Shown here piece after piece: positions 37,253 through 45,997 of a DNA stretch of 64,000 nucleotides. A program made the position numbers and the translations under genes. The DNA is from a virus, in the IMG/VR virus record IMGVR_UViG_3300047510_001256, positions 80,688-144,687 of that record; one strand, given 5' to 3'. A model generated the notes under the pieces. It had not been told where the DNA came from and did not search any database. It saw only the letters and a list, made by a program, of their open reading frames with translations. Numbering within the stretch: the first letter of the stretch is position 1; each line of letters opens with the position of its first letter.

Positions 37253-37687
37253 TTAGAACCAGTCTTTTCTTTTGTGATGATCAGGAACAATCTTACCCAA
37301 CATGATTGTTAAGAGCCCATCCTCAAATTCAACTGATCTAACTTCCGTTTCATCTGTGAGGGTCCAAGATCTGGTGAAAGATCTTTGAGCCATTCCTCTG
37401 TGGATAAACGTTGTGTCTGTTTCTCTGTCTTCTTTTTGTCCTTCCACGAATAGTTTTCCATCTTGGGTATACACGTTAACTTCTTTTTTCTTAAATCCAG
37501 CCAACGCAATCTCAAGTCTAGACTCTACATTACTAATTTCAATGTGATTGTATGGTGGATAGTTGGATGACGTTTCGTGAAGAGTGAAAATTCTATTGAA
37601 GTATTCGTCCATACCGATGGTATTTTTCGTGATCTTATCCATGAGGACAGGAAGATCATTAGCAGTATAACGCATTAAAGTGTTCAT
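37253..37687 (-). CDS. hsp20: Small heat-shock protein Hsp20
   Basis: NYPPYN, LEIALAGF, HRGMAQRSFTRSWTL, FEDGLL. Start moved to ATG 37687 after AAGGAG. Confidence 0.93.
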   Translation of the reverse strand: MNTLMRYTANDLPVLMDKITKNTIGMDEYFNRIFTLHETSSNYPPYNHIEISNVESRLEIALAGFKKKEVNVYTQDGKLFVEGQKEDRETDTTFIHRGMAQRSFTRSWTLTDETEVRSVEFEDGLLTIMLGKIVPDHHKRKDWF

Positions 37688-37853
37688 TGTTTTTTTTCTC
37701 CTTGATAAGCGAGTGTGTGAATTAGGATCCCTAAGGCATCCGTAGCGTATGGGGGGTGATACCACCTCTCTCCCATCACTACTAATTTATCACACTTTTC
37801 AAATTTTCACAACCACTGAAAATTACGGATTACTGAAAAATTTAGTTCGGTTC

Positions 37854-38270
37854 TCACTTCTTACGTCCAATATTATACTTAGACTCAAGAGACCACTCAT
37901 CCTTTTCCTTGAATGCCAACACCTTAATTTGATTCAATGGTGCCAGATCTCCAATTCTTTCTTCTTGAACAACGCTGATCAATCCCCAGTCTGAAAGAAG
38001 TTTGGCAATACGATTCCTTCTTTGAACATCATTCAAAGAGAGATTAGTTTTCTTGCCATCCAGAGCAAAGAGTTCTTTAAAATGAACAATGTAGTATCTA
38101 CCCTGCTTGTGTAGGATGTGGCAAGATTGATAGAGTTTTCTTTCTTTACGAGAGGCAACGCCAATGCGAGTGAGAGTTTCTCTTACTTTTAGAAAATCAT
38201 CTGGTTCGGTAAGAACAACCTCCACCATATCAGTAGGTTCCCATTTCACTTCGGTAATTTCAGCAGTCAT
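37854..38270 (-). CDS. regA: Translational repressor RegA
   Basis: DDFLKVRETLTRIGVAS, LYQSCHILHKQGRYYIVHFKELFALDG. Confidence 0.97.
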   Translation of the reverse strand: MTAEITEVKWEPTDMVEVVLTEPDDFLKVRETLTRIGVASRKERKLYQSCHILHKQGRYYIVHFKELFALDGKKTNLSLNDVQRRNRIAKLLSDWGLISVVQEERIGDLAPLNQIKVLAFKEKDEWSLESKYNIGRKK

Positions 38271-38653
38271 TTCATTCCACCTTTATACAATAATTGTCTT
38301 ATCTTATCTAGTTGATCTACTGTGAGAATTCTCAGTGCGTCAAGTGCCTTATCGTCATTATAACCATAATACTCCTTGACTAATTCAAGATGCTCAAGAG
38401 ATTGCTTTTTCAACCAAGGAGAGAATCTCTTTCTTGGTTTCAAAGTATTTATAAGGAAATCATACTGCATCTTCTTAGGAAGTTGATGATGCTTATTCAT
38501 TTCATTTGCATACATCACAGCATCCATGTGACCAGACAAACATTTATTAATAATATATGGAGGATAGGCACTGATAGCCTCAGTGTCATCCCCCATGATA
38601 TCTTTCTTAGATTGATTGATGGAATATAAGTAATCTTTTAATTCAGGTTTCAT
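38267..38653 (-). CDS. gp62: Clamp loader small subunit (gp62)
   Basis: YPPYIINKCLS, ANEMN, QYDFL, RKRFSPW, VKEYYGY. Confidence 0.92.
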   Translation of the reverse strand: MKPELKDYLYSINQSKKDIMGDDTEAISAYPPYIINKCLSGHMDAVMYANEMNKHHQLPKKMQYDFLINTLKPRKRFSPWLKKQSLEHLELVKEYYGYNDDKALDALRILTVDQLDKIRQLLYKGGMK

Positions 38654-38793
38654 TTAAATACGGCAGTGACACCAACAACTTTAGCGGTAGGGTTGCGGGC
38701 AAGTGCTGTCTGACGAGCATCTTGATAGTTTGCTGCTTCAACAATCTCGTCAAAGACTTTACCGGCAACGTAGAGTTGAACTTTAACTTTCAT
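38650..38793 (-). CDS. Small cyanophage-type hypothetical protein (47 aa)
   Basis: MKVKVQLYVAGKVF...TALARNP.AKV; start moved to ATG 38793. Confidence 0.65.
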   Translation of the reverse strand: MKVKVQLYVAGKVFDEIVEAANYQDARQTALARNPTAKVVGVTAVFK

Positions 38794-39649
38794 AATTAAT
38801 AAGGACGAGTTCCTTTCGGTCTGCTTGATCCATTGTATACGATCCGGTGGACCGCATGGTGTAGGTGTGTGCAAATTCCGCATCTGTCCACCCGCTGCTG
38901 AGGAAGCGGTCTTTGACCTCGTTTGACGAATTGTAACTGATACACATTGGCATGTTGTGATTCAGATTACATTTGCTAGCAAAGTCAACATGATCAAATG
39001 ACTTATGCATTGAACCTTTACGACCATAAAGATTATCTTTAATGTCATAGGGTGGATCCAAATACATGAATGCCTTGCTGTCACAATCCATCAACATGGA
39101 GTAATCCAAGTTTGTAATGTTCCAGTGCTGAATCAATTGAGAATACTCAGGCAGTTTCTCAATACCATTCAAAGAGAAGTTACTGACACTTGCCTGCTCA
39201 GAGAACGAGGAAGATTCAGTCAGTCCAGAGAAAGAACATTTGTTCACAATGTAGAAACGAACAGCGCGTTCAAACTGACCAGTTGCTGGATCGTTCAGAA
39301 TATCTTTTGAAATTTTAAACAAACCACGAGCTGCTTCTGTAGTGTCAGAGGTATTCTTGAAGTGAAGAAGATGTGCTCTCAGTTGCTCAGGAAACTGCTG
39401 GAGAATGGTCCAGAAATCGTAGAGAGGACCATACAGGTCATTGACCCACACAGGCATGTATGGGTAGCGTCTAGAGACCTCTAGGGCAACGCTCCCGCCG
39501 CCCAGGAAGGGTTCCCGATACTCGCGGTAGTCCGACAGGTCAGGGAAGTATTGGAACAGCTTGGAGACCGCCCTAGACTTGCCTCCCGGATACCTGAGGG
39601 GAGTCTTCAGAGATTTGGTAGTCCGCTTGGTTGTATTTAAGGTATTCAT
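38783..39649 (-). CDS. dam: Dam-family DNA adenine methyltransferase
   Basis: LRYPGGKS, EPFLGGGS, VNDL, YLDPPY. Confidence 0.9.
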   Translation of the reverse strand: MNTLNTTKRTTKSLKTPLRYPGGKSRAVSKLFQYFPDLSDYREYREPFLGGGSVALEVSRRYPYMPVWVNDLYGPLYDFWTILQQFPEQLRAHLLHFKNTSDTTEAARGLFKISKDILNDPATGQFERAVRFYIVNKCSFSGLTESSSFSEQASVSNFSLNGIEKLPEYSQLIQHWNITNLDYSMLMDCDSKAFMYLDPPYDIKDNLYGRKGSMHKSFDHVDFASKCNLNHNMPMCISYNSSNEVKDRFLSSGWTDAEFAHTYTMRSTGSYTMDQADRKELVLINYES

Positions 39650-39800
39650 AAAAAATGTGTTTCATTTCACGTTGGGTCATACCGCAATGTTTTGCTGCGG
39701 CGGGCAATGTCATTCTAGCACGAAACAAAGCTTCGTTTGCTTCTCTCACATTCTGTGGGGTTGTCTTCACAGCATGTTCTTTTAAATGCTCATAGTTCAT
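39573..39800 (-). CDS. Small HTH-like hypothetical protein
   Basis: MTLPAAAKHCGMTQREMK. Confidence 0.6.
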   Translation of the reverse strand: MNYEHLKEHAVKTTPQNVREANEALFRARMTLPAAAKHCGMTQREMKHIFYEYLKYNQADYQISEDSPQVSGRQV

Positions 39801-39986
39801 TTACTTTTCATCCATTTCAAAATCTTCAATTTGATCAGCAGAAACTTCATGCTCACCAGCAATTAGATACCAGTGATGACCAGCGCGTTCTCCAAGGTAT
39901 TTCATTTGATCTTCCTCAAAGATATTCTCACGCATCGCTGCTTGAATTTTAAAATGGATTAGTTCTTCTTTAGTAGGGACGTTCAT
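39801..39986 (-). CDS. Hypothetical protein
   Basis: 61-aa ORF translationally coupled within the operon. Confidence 0.6.
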   Translation of the reverse strand: MNVPTKEELIHFKIQAAMRENIFEEDQMKYLGERAGHHWYLIAGEHEVSADQIEDFEMDEK

Positions 39987-40936
39987 TTGAATTCACAACT
40001 CATCATAATTTCAGTAAGGAAAGCTAGGAGATTAATCTCCTGATCAGCAACTTGCGGCACATAAGTTTGATACTTAGCACAGACTAACACCAACTCAGGA
40101 ATATATTTTTTGACGACATATTCATCCGAGGTGTTATAGATCTTGCTGATCACATTGGTAGGATCATTGTTAAGATTATCAACGACCCACTTCCTGACAG
40201 AGGTGTAGTCTTTACTCTTCATGGAAGCATACAAAGATTCTACACGAATGTCTGGGATTAAGGCAAGAGCATCAGGACCAATAGTTCCATTAGAAGCAAG
40301 TGCCTGAATCTCATTAATCAATCTACGCCAGTCAGGATAATACCTTTGGAGTAGTTTGGCAATCACACGATCATCATGTTCAATCTGTTCATGAACAAGA
40401 ATAGTTTTGATACGCTTCAGAAATTGAAGTTGAATATCTTTCTTATCTTCTTCAGGAACTTTGAACTGAACTACAGAACAACGAGAATGAAGTGGTTCAA
40501 TAATCTTGTTGATGAAGTTACAAGTAAAGATGAATCTACAATTACTATGAAACTCCTCTACAGCATTACGCAGCGAAAGTTGAACATCATTGGTGGTGTT
40601 GTCTGCCTCGTCAATAATGACGACTTTATGCTTAGCACCAGATGTTAAGGAGACAGTTGTGGCGAATTGCCTGACTTTGTTTCGGATGGTATCTAGGAAT
40701 CTACCTTCATCAGAACCATTGATAACGATGTAAGAAGCACCAAGTTGTTCACACAATGCTTTCGCAATCGTTGTCTTTCCCACACCAGCAGTGCCAGACA
40801 AAAGAAGATTAGGAATCTCACCCTGATCTAGAAGTCCATTAAAGATATCTTTAATACCATCCGGAAGAATACAATCTTCCACACACTTTGGACGATATTT
40901 CTCAACCCACAAAAAGTCACTCATATTTAAATCCAT
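39983..40936 (-). CDS. gp44: Clamp loader large subunit (gp44)
   Basis: LWVEKYRP, GTAGVGKTT, IIDEAD, SRC. Confidence 0.96.
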   Translation of the reverse strand: MDLNMSDFLWVEKYRPKCVEDCILPDGIKDIFNGLLDQGEIPNLLLSGTAGVGKTTIAKALCEQLGASYIVINGSDEGRFLDTIRNKVRQFATTVSLTSGAKHKVVIIDEADNTTNDVQLSLRNAVEEFHSNCRFIFTCNFINKIIEPLHSRCSVVQFKVPEEDKKDIQLQFLKRIKTILVHEQIEHDDRVIAKLLQRYYPDWRRLINEIQALASNGTIGPDALALIPDIRVESLYASMKSKDYTSVRKWVVDNLNNDPTNVISKIYNTSDEYVVKKYIPELVLVCAKYQTYVPQVADQEINLLAFLTEIMMSCEFK

Positions 40937-41436
40937 TCAGGTTTTCGTTGCGGCATACGAAGATAATTAGATGAAGCCCAAGGTTTGGATGCGATATAAC
41001 GTTTGTAAGCAGTAAAAGTGTCAATGCTTGTGTCATGTTTAAATTCATCTGGCATCGCACGAACGAAGGGTGTCACCTTATCTAATTTACCTTTTGGGAA
41101 AAGGTAGTATGCTTGGAGCAATGTATTATAGCACGAATGCGTCTTGCCGTAACGCACTGAGTATTCGTCACACAGATTCATTCCCCACTTAATAAGCCAG
41201 TAGGAGTTATCCACTGACTCCGCTGCCCATTTTGTACATGGATGATTACGGAAAGCACCTTTCTCTGTCTTATAGGGCGTCCCGTCTGTCTTTCCCAAAG
41301 TTCCATAAGAATGATACCAAGAAGAAGCAATGATGCTAAGCATCTGACAACATTCCAGGGGCATCTTAACAATATGTTTATCGGGAAGACAGATAGCACT
41401 TTCAGCAGGGAATGGATGTGTGACGAAGATGTTCAT
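40927..41436 (-). CDS. Pyrimidine-dimer DNA glycosylase / DenV-like protein
   Basis: MNIF...DKHIVKMPLECCQMLS, NHPCT.W, EY..RYGK.H, AMPD. Confidence 0.75.
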   Translation of the reverse strand: MNIFVTHPFPAESAICLPDKHIVKMPLECCQMLSIIASSWYHSYGTLGKTDGTPYKTEKGAFRNHPCTKWAAESVDNSYWLIKWGMNLCDEYSVRYGKTHSCYNTLLQAYYLFPKGKLDKVTPFVRAMPDEFKHDTSIDTFTAYKRYIASKPWASSNYLRMPQRKPEWI

Positions 41437-42107
41437 TGTTCAAGAGCTATGTAGTAAACAAGATCCATAGTTTTGTTCTTCCATTGTGAAATACCAGCAG
41501 TTGCGATGCTGACTTCATAATCACCAGGGAGAAGGACAAGGTTCTCAACCTTCATGTTAACAGAGAAGTCACCAGTGGCATCACCTTGAAACGATTGTTC
41601 ATAGGTGTTGCTGGTCTCATCTTCAAGGTCACATACTGTAGCAACTACCTTACCTTCAACAGAAGCGATTGCCATATCCTCAAGATTAAAAATGTTTGCT
41701 GCTTTTTTGAGTGCCTTGATATCATTCTCAGCAACGTCAAATTGAACATCAAATCCAGAAATCTTTACATCACGATTAGGTGCTGCCTTGAGAGTGATCT
41801 CAGGATTGCTGAAGTAATACTTTGAATACCTAGATCCACTACGAATAGTCACATAGTTATCGTTGGTGAAATCCAGAGTGGGATCCTGAAACAGAGTAAT
41901 TACATTCAGGAAATTACTCAGATCATAGATAGCAAAGTCCTTGGGAAATTCTTCAGCACAAGTATACTTAGAAAGGATGTGTTCAGCATTGCTGATTGTC
42001 CTCAGTTGATTACCAGCACTCACCACAATAGATGGATTGATGCTGGCGTAGTTCGCTAGAATATCCAGTGTTTCTTTACTTAATTTAACTTTACTCATAA
42101 ACCCCAT
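41433..42107 (-). CDS. gp45: Sliding clamp (gp45)
   Basis: KLSKETL.IL.N.ASIN.S, FAIYDL..FL, LLPGDY.V.I, YYIALE. Confidence 0.94.
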   Translation of the reverse strand: MGFMSKVKLSKETLDILANYASINPSIVVSAGNQLRTISNAEHILSKYTCAEEFPKDFAIYDLSNFLNVITLFQDPTLDFTNDNYVTIRSGSRYSKYYFSNPEITLKAAPNRDVKISGFDVQFDVAENDIKALKKAANIFNLEDMAIASVEGKVVATVCDLEDETSNTYEQSFQGDATGDFSVNMKVENLVLLPGDYEVSIATAGISQWKNKTMDLVYYIALEQ

Positions 42108-42405
42108 TACGCAGATCTGTCATGGTAGCAATCTTATGCTCATTCAATTTTTGTTCTTTCTGATCCAACCAATAAATTAGAAGGAAAGCATAGTGAATGA
42201 CTTTGAACAAATCCCTACGCCACTGCCCTTTGCTTGGGCGATCAATATATTTTTGAATATTACCAGCAATAAATCCTTCACGCCAGGAAGGACGAATCTT
42301 TTCAATAGTCTGAAGACCATCTTCATCACTATAGTGCTGCTGATAAGTAGAGCTTACATAAGCTTCGTATTCCCTCAGCAATTCATCTTCATTAAACTTA
42401 AACAT
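42091..42405 (-). CDS. DUF3310-like conserved phage protein
   Basis: FKFNE...TY.QHY...GF..GNI.KY..R...RRDL.KVIHYA; start moved to ATG 42405. Confidence 0.7.
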   Translation of the reverse strand: MFKFNEDELLREYEAYVSSTYQQHYSDEDGLQTIEKIRPSWREGFIAGNIQKYIDRPSKGQWRRDLFKVIHYAFLLIYWLDQKEQKLNEHKIATMTDLRNGVYE

Positions 42406-42560
42406 CACTCCTCCCATAGAAATAGCATATCTGTATAATAGCACTCTTTAATCTCTCCGTCAAGATCTTGGACTTTGATGCGAGTGTCAACATCAACAAT
42501 CTTAACGGTCTCGCCGTCTTTAGTGACGGCGAGAGCACCAACTTCAATATCAGTTATCAT
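42405..42560 (-). CDS. Small hypothetical protein (51 aa) containing an internal TTGACG-N17-TATTAT promoter
   Basis: MITDIEVGALAVTKDGETVKIV...; below the track cutoff. Confidence 0.55.
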   Translation of the reverse strand: MITDIEVGALAVTKDGETVKIVDVDTRIKVQDLDGEIKECYYTDMLFLWEE

Positions 42561-43677
42561 ATTCAACCTCTAAACGAATAGGTTCCAGAGGATCAGCGTC
42601 AGGATTCACAGAAGCATCCATCTTATCATAGAGTTCCATGAACATCTGCTTAGTCTCTTCATCAAATCGGTTGACACAAACATTGATGGACTTCATACGA
42701 TCATTGAAGATAGTGAAGGCACGAACAATGTGAGTCAGACGACGAGTAGAAATGATCTCGTCAACACCACCATCTTTGAAAGTCTTACGGATCACATCTG
42801 CCCAGTCAGAGAGTTTCTGACAGAAATCAGAGTCATCACCGCCAAGAGAAGCAAGCAGTTTCTCAAGAATCTTCTGTTCTACTTTGGCAGTAGGATAATC
42901 TTGCTCAAAGGTGAGAGCAAAACGCTCAAGAAATGCCTCGTTAAGAACATTGGTGCCGATAAAACGACCATCATCAGAACCTTTACCTTTGGTATTGGCA
43001 GTAGCGATGATGTTAAAACCAGCAGCAGGTTTCACATAGCGACCGATCTTCTTCAGGAATACACCATTGCCCTCAAGAATAGATTGAAGACAAAGGATCT
43101 TGTTAGAGGCAAGGTCAACTTCATCCAGTAGAAGAATAGCACCACGCTCCAGTGCTTCAATCACGGGACCATTGTGCCAAGCAGTGTTACCATCCTGAAG
43201 ACGGAAGCCACCCAGAAGATCATCCTCGTCGGTCTCAATCGTGATGTTGACGCGAATGAGTTCACGCTTCAGTTGAGCACATGCTTGCTCTACAGAATAA
43301 GTCTTACCATTACCAGACATACCAGTAATGAACAGAGGGAAGAACTTCTTAGATTGGATGATCTTCTTCACATCGGTAAAGTTACCGAACGAAACAAAGT
43401 TGTCATCTTTGCTAGGAATGAGAACTTGATCATGACGCTCCATAACAGCAGGAGCAGCAGGAGGAGCAGCATAGGTTTGCTCAAGTTTCTCTTGAATGGT
43501 CAGGTTCCACTTACCATGACCAGATTTATATTGCTCAAGACGCTTTTTAACAGTAGGCAGGGAGACACCAAAGTGATCTGCTGCTGCCAGAAGTTGAGGA
43601 GTAGCAACTTCGCTACCATAAGAAATAGTCAGATAGTCAACCAGTTGATCGTTAGTCATAGAAACAAGTCGGGGCAT
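42550..43677 (-). CDS. cobS: CobS/MoxR-like AAA+ ATPase
   Basis: GMSGNGKT, RVNITIETDEDDLLGG, LLLDEVD, ATANTKG, FLERF, ISTRRL. Confidence 0.9.
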   Translation of the reverse strand: MPRLVSMTNDQLVDYLTISYGSEVATPQLLAAADHFGVSLPTVKKRLEQYKSGHGKWNLTIQEKLEQTYAAPPAAPAVMERHDQVLIPSKDDNFVSFGNFTDVKKIIQSKKFFPLFITGMSGNGKTYSVEQACAQLKRELIRVNITIETDEDDLLGGFRLQDGNTAWHNGPVIEALERGAILLLDEVDLASNKILCLQSILEGNGVFLKKIGRYVKPAAGFNIIATANTKGKGSDDGRFIGTNVLNEAFLERFALTFEQDYPTAKVEQKILEKLLASLGGDDSDFCQKLSDWADVIRKTFKDGGVDEIISTRRLTHIVRAFTIFNDRMKSINVCVNRFDEETKQMFMELYDKMDASVNPDADPLEPIRLEVEYDN

Positions 43678-43700
43678 TGGTCGTTTGTGTTGATGAAATA

Positions 43701-43758
43701 AGTATAAGGCATACCCGCCGCCATGGGAAGGGGCGGGTGCCAGTTTGTCAGGTGGTCC
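43701..43758 (-). promoter_or_regulatory. Early-type promoter with palindromic upstream box
   Basis: CCAGTT-N4-AGGTGG box located 34 nt from TATACT. Confidence 0.55.
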
Positions 43759-45939
43759 TCACGCGATGTGTTGGATAAACGAGGTGAGGATTTTCTTGTT
43801 ATTCTGTTTAGCTTTGGTCATCTTCTTGAATGCTTTGGTGATGGCAGTTTTACCAGCACCATCTTTCACATCAAGATCAGCATCTTCATTCATCGCATTG
43901 TTAGCGATGGCATAAAGAGAAGTGAAAGCAATCGGACTAGGAATAACCACAGAGCGATCTTTCTTCCAATCCTTCATGAGTTTGTCATAGTCTTCGCGCC
44001 AACCACCATAACCGCGAATGAATCCAGTCAGACCAGAACCCTGAACAATACGGAATCCGAGAACATTCACACCAGGATTGCGATCACGAACTTGTTGAAT
44101 CAGTTGGTTGGTAAGATTCTCAAATCCATTCTTCAGTTGTTGATACACGCGACCAGTTTTACGATCACGAAGACACCACTGACCATCAATACGATTCGCT
44201 CCAACTTTACGAACCTCACCATCAGGATCAGCAGCATATGCTTTACCAACAACAGATCCACATGCTTCACCATCAGTCAGAATACAGACATTCACTTTCT
44301 GAATATCACTAGATTTCCTGAATTGAGGAATGATGTAATTCAGAGAAACAATCGCTTCATTCAAAGGAGTGCCGGAGAGACCGAGACCATGAGTAGCAGA
44401 ATAGTTAGCATACATGGTTTGAGCATAAACTTCACGCCAGATATTCTTACACTGGCGTTCATATTCACGAGAATTAGAACGAGAAGAAATAAGATTCAGC
44501 ATAAAGAAAGTCTTAGGAATGAAGAACTCTTTCTCTTTGATGCCATCGTGGTAGGAGCGAATCTCATCCATGTAGGAGGAATTGTCTGCCTTAGTATTGT
44601 TAGTAATGGCACGACGAGCAACACCCCACTCATTCGTGAAAGCATAGACTTCAAAAGGAATCTGAACTTTCTTACAGAAGTTGGTAAGGGACAGAAGTTG
44701 CTTCAGAGTATTCAGAAGAACATCCGACATAGATCCAGACCAGTCCAGAACAAAGATCAGACCATGATTCTTACCTTCAGGAATCACACTAATCTTCTTG
44801 AAGATATCTTCCCTGAACATGTAAGTATGAAGCTTGGAAGTGTCAAGAACGCCAGTCTTAGATACAGCAGCACGGGCATACTGATCAGCAGACTTACGCA
44901 TCTCAAACTCTTTCACAAGGTAGTTAACTTCCTTGATGGATTCGTTTTTGAACTTACGATACTCAAAATCTACATTAGAATAATCATTCTCAAAATTTGC
45001 TGCGTTGGCAAACCGAACTTGGTAGGCGTCAATCCAATCATGAACTTCCTTCCAATCAGCAACGATGTTATTCAGATCAACAGACTCAGCAATCTCAAAG
45101 TAACGAATGTCAGAGCGACCAGCATTATTCAGTTGCTCAACTTTCTCGTCAAAATTATCTTGAGTTTTTATCTCGTCAGGATCGTTATGATGACCGCCAC
45201 CTTGGCTCGTAGATTCATCTAGATCATTCTCGCCTTCATCCTCTTGATTATCAGCACCAGCAGAAGGTTGTTGATCAGAAGACTCTTCATCGGAATTAGA
45301 CTCCATCTCCATCTGTTCAGATTGATCCTGAGATTGTTCGCCCTGAGCAGAAGAATTTTGAGTCAGACTCTCGGGTTCTTCCTGTTCTTCCTGCTGTTGT
45401 TCTTTAGAGAACTTATAGATCTCCCGTGCCAGATCAACTGCCTCATCAAAAGTTTCAACTTCAGCAGCACGATCTACATACTCAATCTCTTCATGAGAGA
45501 AGGGAACAAGACAAGACGCACCAATCTTATAATGAATGTTGATGCGATCAATCAGATTATACTTGCTCAGATCTTCATCATTGGTGCCGAAGAAATCATC
45601 GTCAGCAAGTTCTTTGTATCCACGGGCAAAGGTCTTGGGCAGACCTTGATACCGACGCTTCATAAGTTTCTCAACACGAACATCTTCAATGATGTTGAGA
45701 TAACCTTTGGGAATATCCATCTTGCCGAACCACTCGGTAGGAGTGAAGAGGGCATGACCCACTTCATGTGCCACCAGCATATCGTATACAAACCCAGACG
45801 CCCGCTCCCAGAGAGGCAGGGTCAGAATACGATTGTCAATGTCAAACGATGCTGTAGGGCAACGCTTGTGCTCCACAATCAGGTTTTCGGTAGCAAGCAG
45901 TCTCGCCAGACCGCCCTTGATTTCGTGGTTGATCGTCAT
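43759..45939 (-). CDS. CobT-like protein: N-terminal HExxH metallopeptidase-like domain, acidic linker and vWA domain
   Basis: AHEVGHAL, EDVRVE, VLDWSGSM (MIDAS), LSGTPLNE, LTDGE. Probable ATG at 45939 (MTINHEIK). Confidence 0.8.
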   Translation of the reverse strand: MTINHEIKGGLARLLATENLIVEHKRCPTASFDIDNRILTLPLWERASGFVYDMLVAHEVGHALFTPTEWFGKMDIPKGYLNIIEDVRVEKLMKRRYQGLPKTFARGYKELADDDFFGTNDEDLSKYNLIDRINIHYKIGASCLVPFSHEEIEYVDRAAEVETFDEAVDLAREIYKFSKEQQQEEQEEPESLTQNSSAQGEQSQDQSEQMEMESNSDEESSDQQPSAGADNQEDEGENDLDESTSQGGGHHNDPDEIKTQDNFDEKVEQLNNAGRSDIRYFEIAESVDLNNIVADWKEVHDWIDAYQVRFANAANFENDYSNVDFEYRKFKNESIKEVNYLVKEFEMRKSADQYARAAVSKTGVLDTSKLHTYMFREDIFKKISVIPEGKNHGLIFVLDWSGSMSDVLLNTLKQLLSLTNFCKKVQIPFEVYAFTNEWGVARRAITNNTKADNSSYMDEIRSYHDGIKEKEFFIPKTFFMLNLISSRSNSREYERQCKNIWREVYAQTMYANYSATHGLGLSGTPLNEAIVSLNYIIPQFRKSSDIQKVNVCILTDGEACGSVVGKAYAADPDGEVRKVGANRIDGQWCLRDRKTGRVYQQLKNGFENLTNQLIQQVRDRNPGVNVLGFRIVQGSGLTGFIRGYGGWREDYDKLMKDWKKDRSVVIPSPIAFTSLYAIANNAMNEDADLDVKDGAGKTAITKAFKKMTKAKQNNKKILTSFIQHIA

Positions 45940-45971
45940 GTCGTTTCGCTCGTATGAAACCAATATACACG

Positions 45972-45997
45972 AAAAAAGAGGGGGCACAACCCCCCTC
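45972..45997 (-). terminator. Rho-independent terminator after gp46, nested in an early-type promoter
   Basis: GAGGGGG/CCCCCTC stem plus T6. Confidence 0.75.

Noticed and set aside
43723-45222. 499-aa plus-strand ORF and the many other antisense ORFs in the track
   Set aside because: They mirror real minus-strand genes, have I/L/F/S-rich shadow composition and show no motifs; codon bias explains them
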